From Ranitomeya imitator (taxonomy: Eukaryota), in NCBI RefSeq assembly GCF_032444005.1, contig NC_091287.1, forward strand, positions 220,162,001 through 220,226,000: DNA of 64,000 bases. Reading direction: 5' to 3'. Positions 62,438-64,000 of this stretch are shown in pieces. Below the pieces are notes generated by a model. It saw nothing but the letters and a program-made list of their open reading frames with translations, was not told the DNA's origin and made no database searches. Position 1 is the stretch's first letter. Every line of letters begins with the position of its first letter. Both the position numbers and the translations under genes were made by a program.

Positions 62438-62819
62438 TACAGAAGCTACTCCCAGTCCAGAATTACTTAAAAGAATAAACACACACTCTGGATCTGGTCA
62501 CTACACATATCTTATGCATATCTCATTGTGTGTCCTATCATTAGTGTTTGTCATAATCTAACCTGAAGTTCTTCCACACCAAAGTCATTCCTTTATATTG
62601 CACAGGAGAAGAGTCATGCTGAAACCGAAAAGGATTGTCAATATCCTTAGTTGGGTGCTTTATGAGAACTTTTCAGTCCAGAAACAGATAACACTTGAAG
62701 TAGAGAAACCGAAAATATGAGGACATGTCCTCCAATAATGAAGACAAGTGAGCAAAACATTCACTGCAGAACCATGGGTCTGCATTATTGGAGATCCTGT
62801 CTTTATATTTTTGGTTTTA

Positions 62820-63300
62820 GGACTGAGTAAAACCCTTGGACCCTTGGAATTTATACTACTCTGCTACCTGTGGTGGCGAGAGGGTGTGAGTTATCAACGT
62901 TATCAATATTGAATGGTCTTTGTTTCTTGACTGGAAAATCCACTAAGTTCTCATATTGCGCTTGCCTATTGATAAATGTGACCATTTTCTGCCTGACTAG
63001 TTTTTTGGGGTTTGCAGCAAGGAATACTTTACTATTGTATCCGTATTTACCTTGTGGATAAAAAGAGGGCCATCCCAAACTCTAATGCTTCTGCAAAACA
63101 AGACATTTTGTATGCTTTTAACACTTAATCCTTGAAATATATAGATATCCCTAACCATAGGTAATAACTCGTGGATTGTTGGAGGTCCACCTGCTCTGAC
63201 TCCTAGTGATTCTGAGATTGGGACTCTGCTCCCACAAGAATGGGGCTTTCCACTCCCATACTGAAAGACATGAAAGTGCTCGTGCTTGGCCTCCGCTATA
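62820..63300 (-). mobile_element. Possible L1 ORF2 remnant (post-RT region)
   Basis: Weak resemblance of LLPMVRDIYIFQGLS..VWDG..YSLLQTPK to the L1 LP.LLY.FQ.LP..F.W...L..PK block. Confidence 0.3.
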
Positions 63301-64000
63301 TCCATTTTCTATGTGACTGCAGAGTACAGCACTTGGCTATTTCCATAGGCAATGAATACAGTGGAGGTCTCTAGCATGTGCATCTGCACTCCATTCAGTA
63401 TGGGGCTGCGGAGCCCTGATCTCGAGATTGCTGGTGTGAGCGGTCAAACTCTGTGATCAGCAAGTTGTCACCTATCCAGCACCTGCTTAAAACACTTTAT
63501 ACAAGCTTGACTTAAGGAAATCTGTCAGTAGTATCAATCCACCCACCTAAGCGGTCTATCTCGAAATGTAGGTCACAGAAAGTTGAATAAAGTGATACCT
63601 TGATATCTACAATCCAATGTCTTAACAACTCATTTGCATGTAAGAAAACTTGATTTTTTTCTGGATTAAGATCTGTTTGTAGAACACTGTTCTGTATGAG
63701 AAACTGCCTCCAGAAACTTATTTAAAATCTATCTGGACTTTACCATTGTGAGACATGTAATAACTGACACTTTTCTCTGTTAGTTCTGGTCTCACTGGAA
63801 AGTGGTGTGTGTTTAATACAGTACAGTAGAGCTAACAGTACAGCAGAAGTGAATGTTGTCTCATTATACACATTTACAGCAGCCTGTGTTCTCTTAGTGG
63901 TGGCAGCTCTGCTGCACAGCTGTGTCTGATTGTAACTGGCTCAGTACAGCATAGTTGACATTTGTCTCAGTACAAACACAATATGAACTTCTGCAGTTTT

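Overview
Eukaryotic (vertebrate, probably anuran amphibian; inferred from the repeat landscape) intronic DNA. The only host-gene signal is three small + strand coding exons of a FERM-domain gene most similar to EPB41L4B (37538-37580, 41787-41865, 59794-59838), plus a decayed duplicate of the first of these exons at 36685-36726. The rest is mostly nested transposable elements: a full-length DIRS1-like tyrosine-recombinase retrotransposon and a truncated relative; two large PIF/Harbinger elements whose multi-exon nuclease and MADF/Myb genes can be spliced by hand; four full-length Tc1 elements (one with an intact transposase ORF) and Tc1 remnants; piggyBac, Kolobok/T2 and Harbinger MITEs; a non-autonomous Helitron; a solo LTR; CR1, L2, L1 and V-SINE fragments; two Penelope-like fragments carrying minimal hammerhead ribozyme motifs; and several mini/microsatellites including a 1.3-kb telomere-like array. 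The most interesting observations are two apparent GT-AG introns in the DIRS gag gene, the hammerhead-bearing insertions (one a U3-A8 core variant), a Harbinger that lost its nuclease but kept an intact four-exon MADF gene, a second Harbinger whose nuclease is interrupted only by a Tc1, and phase-compatible routes for TE exons to be spliced into the host gene. All calls come from reading the sequence by eye; no database searches were run.
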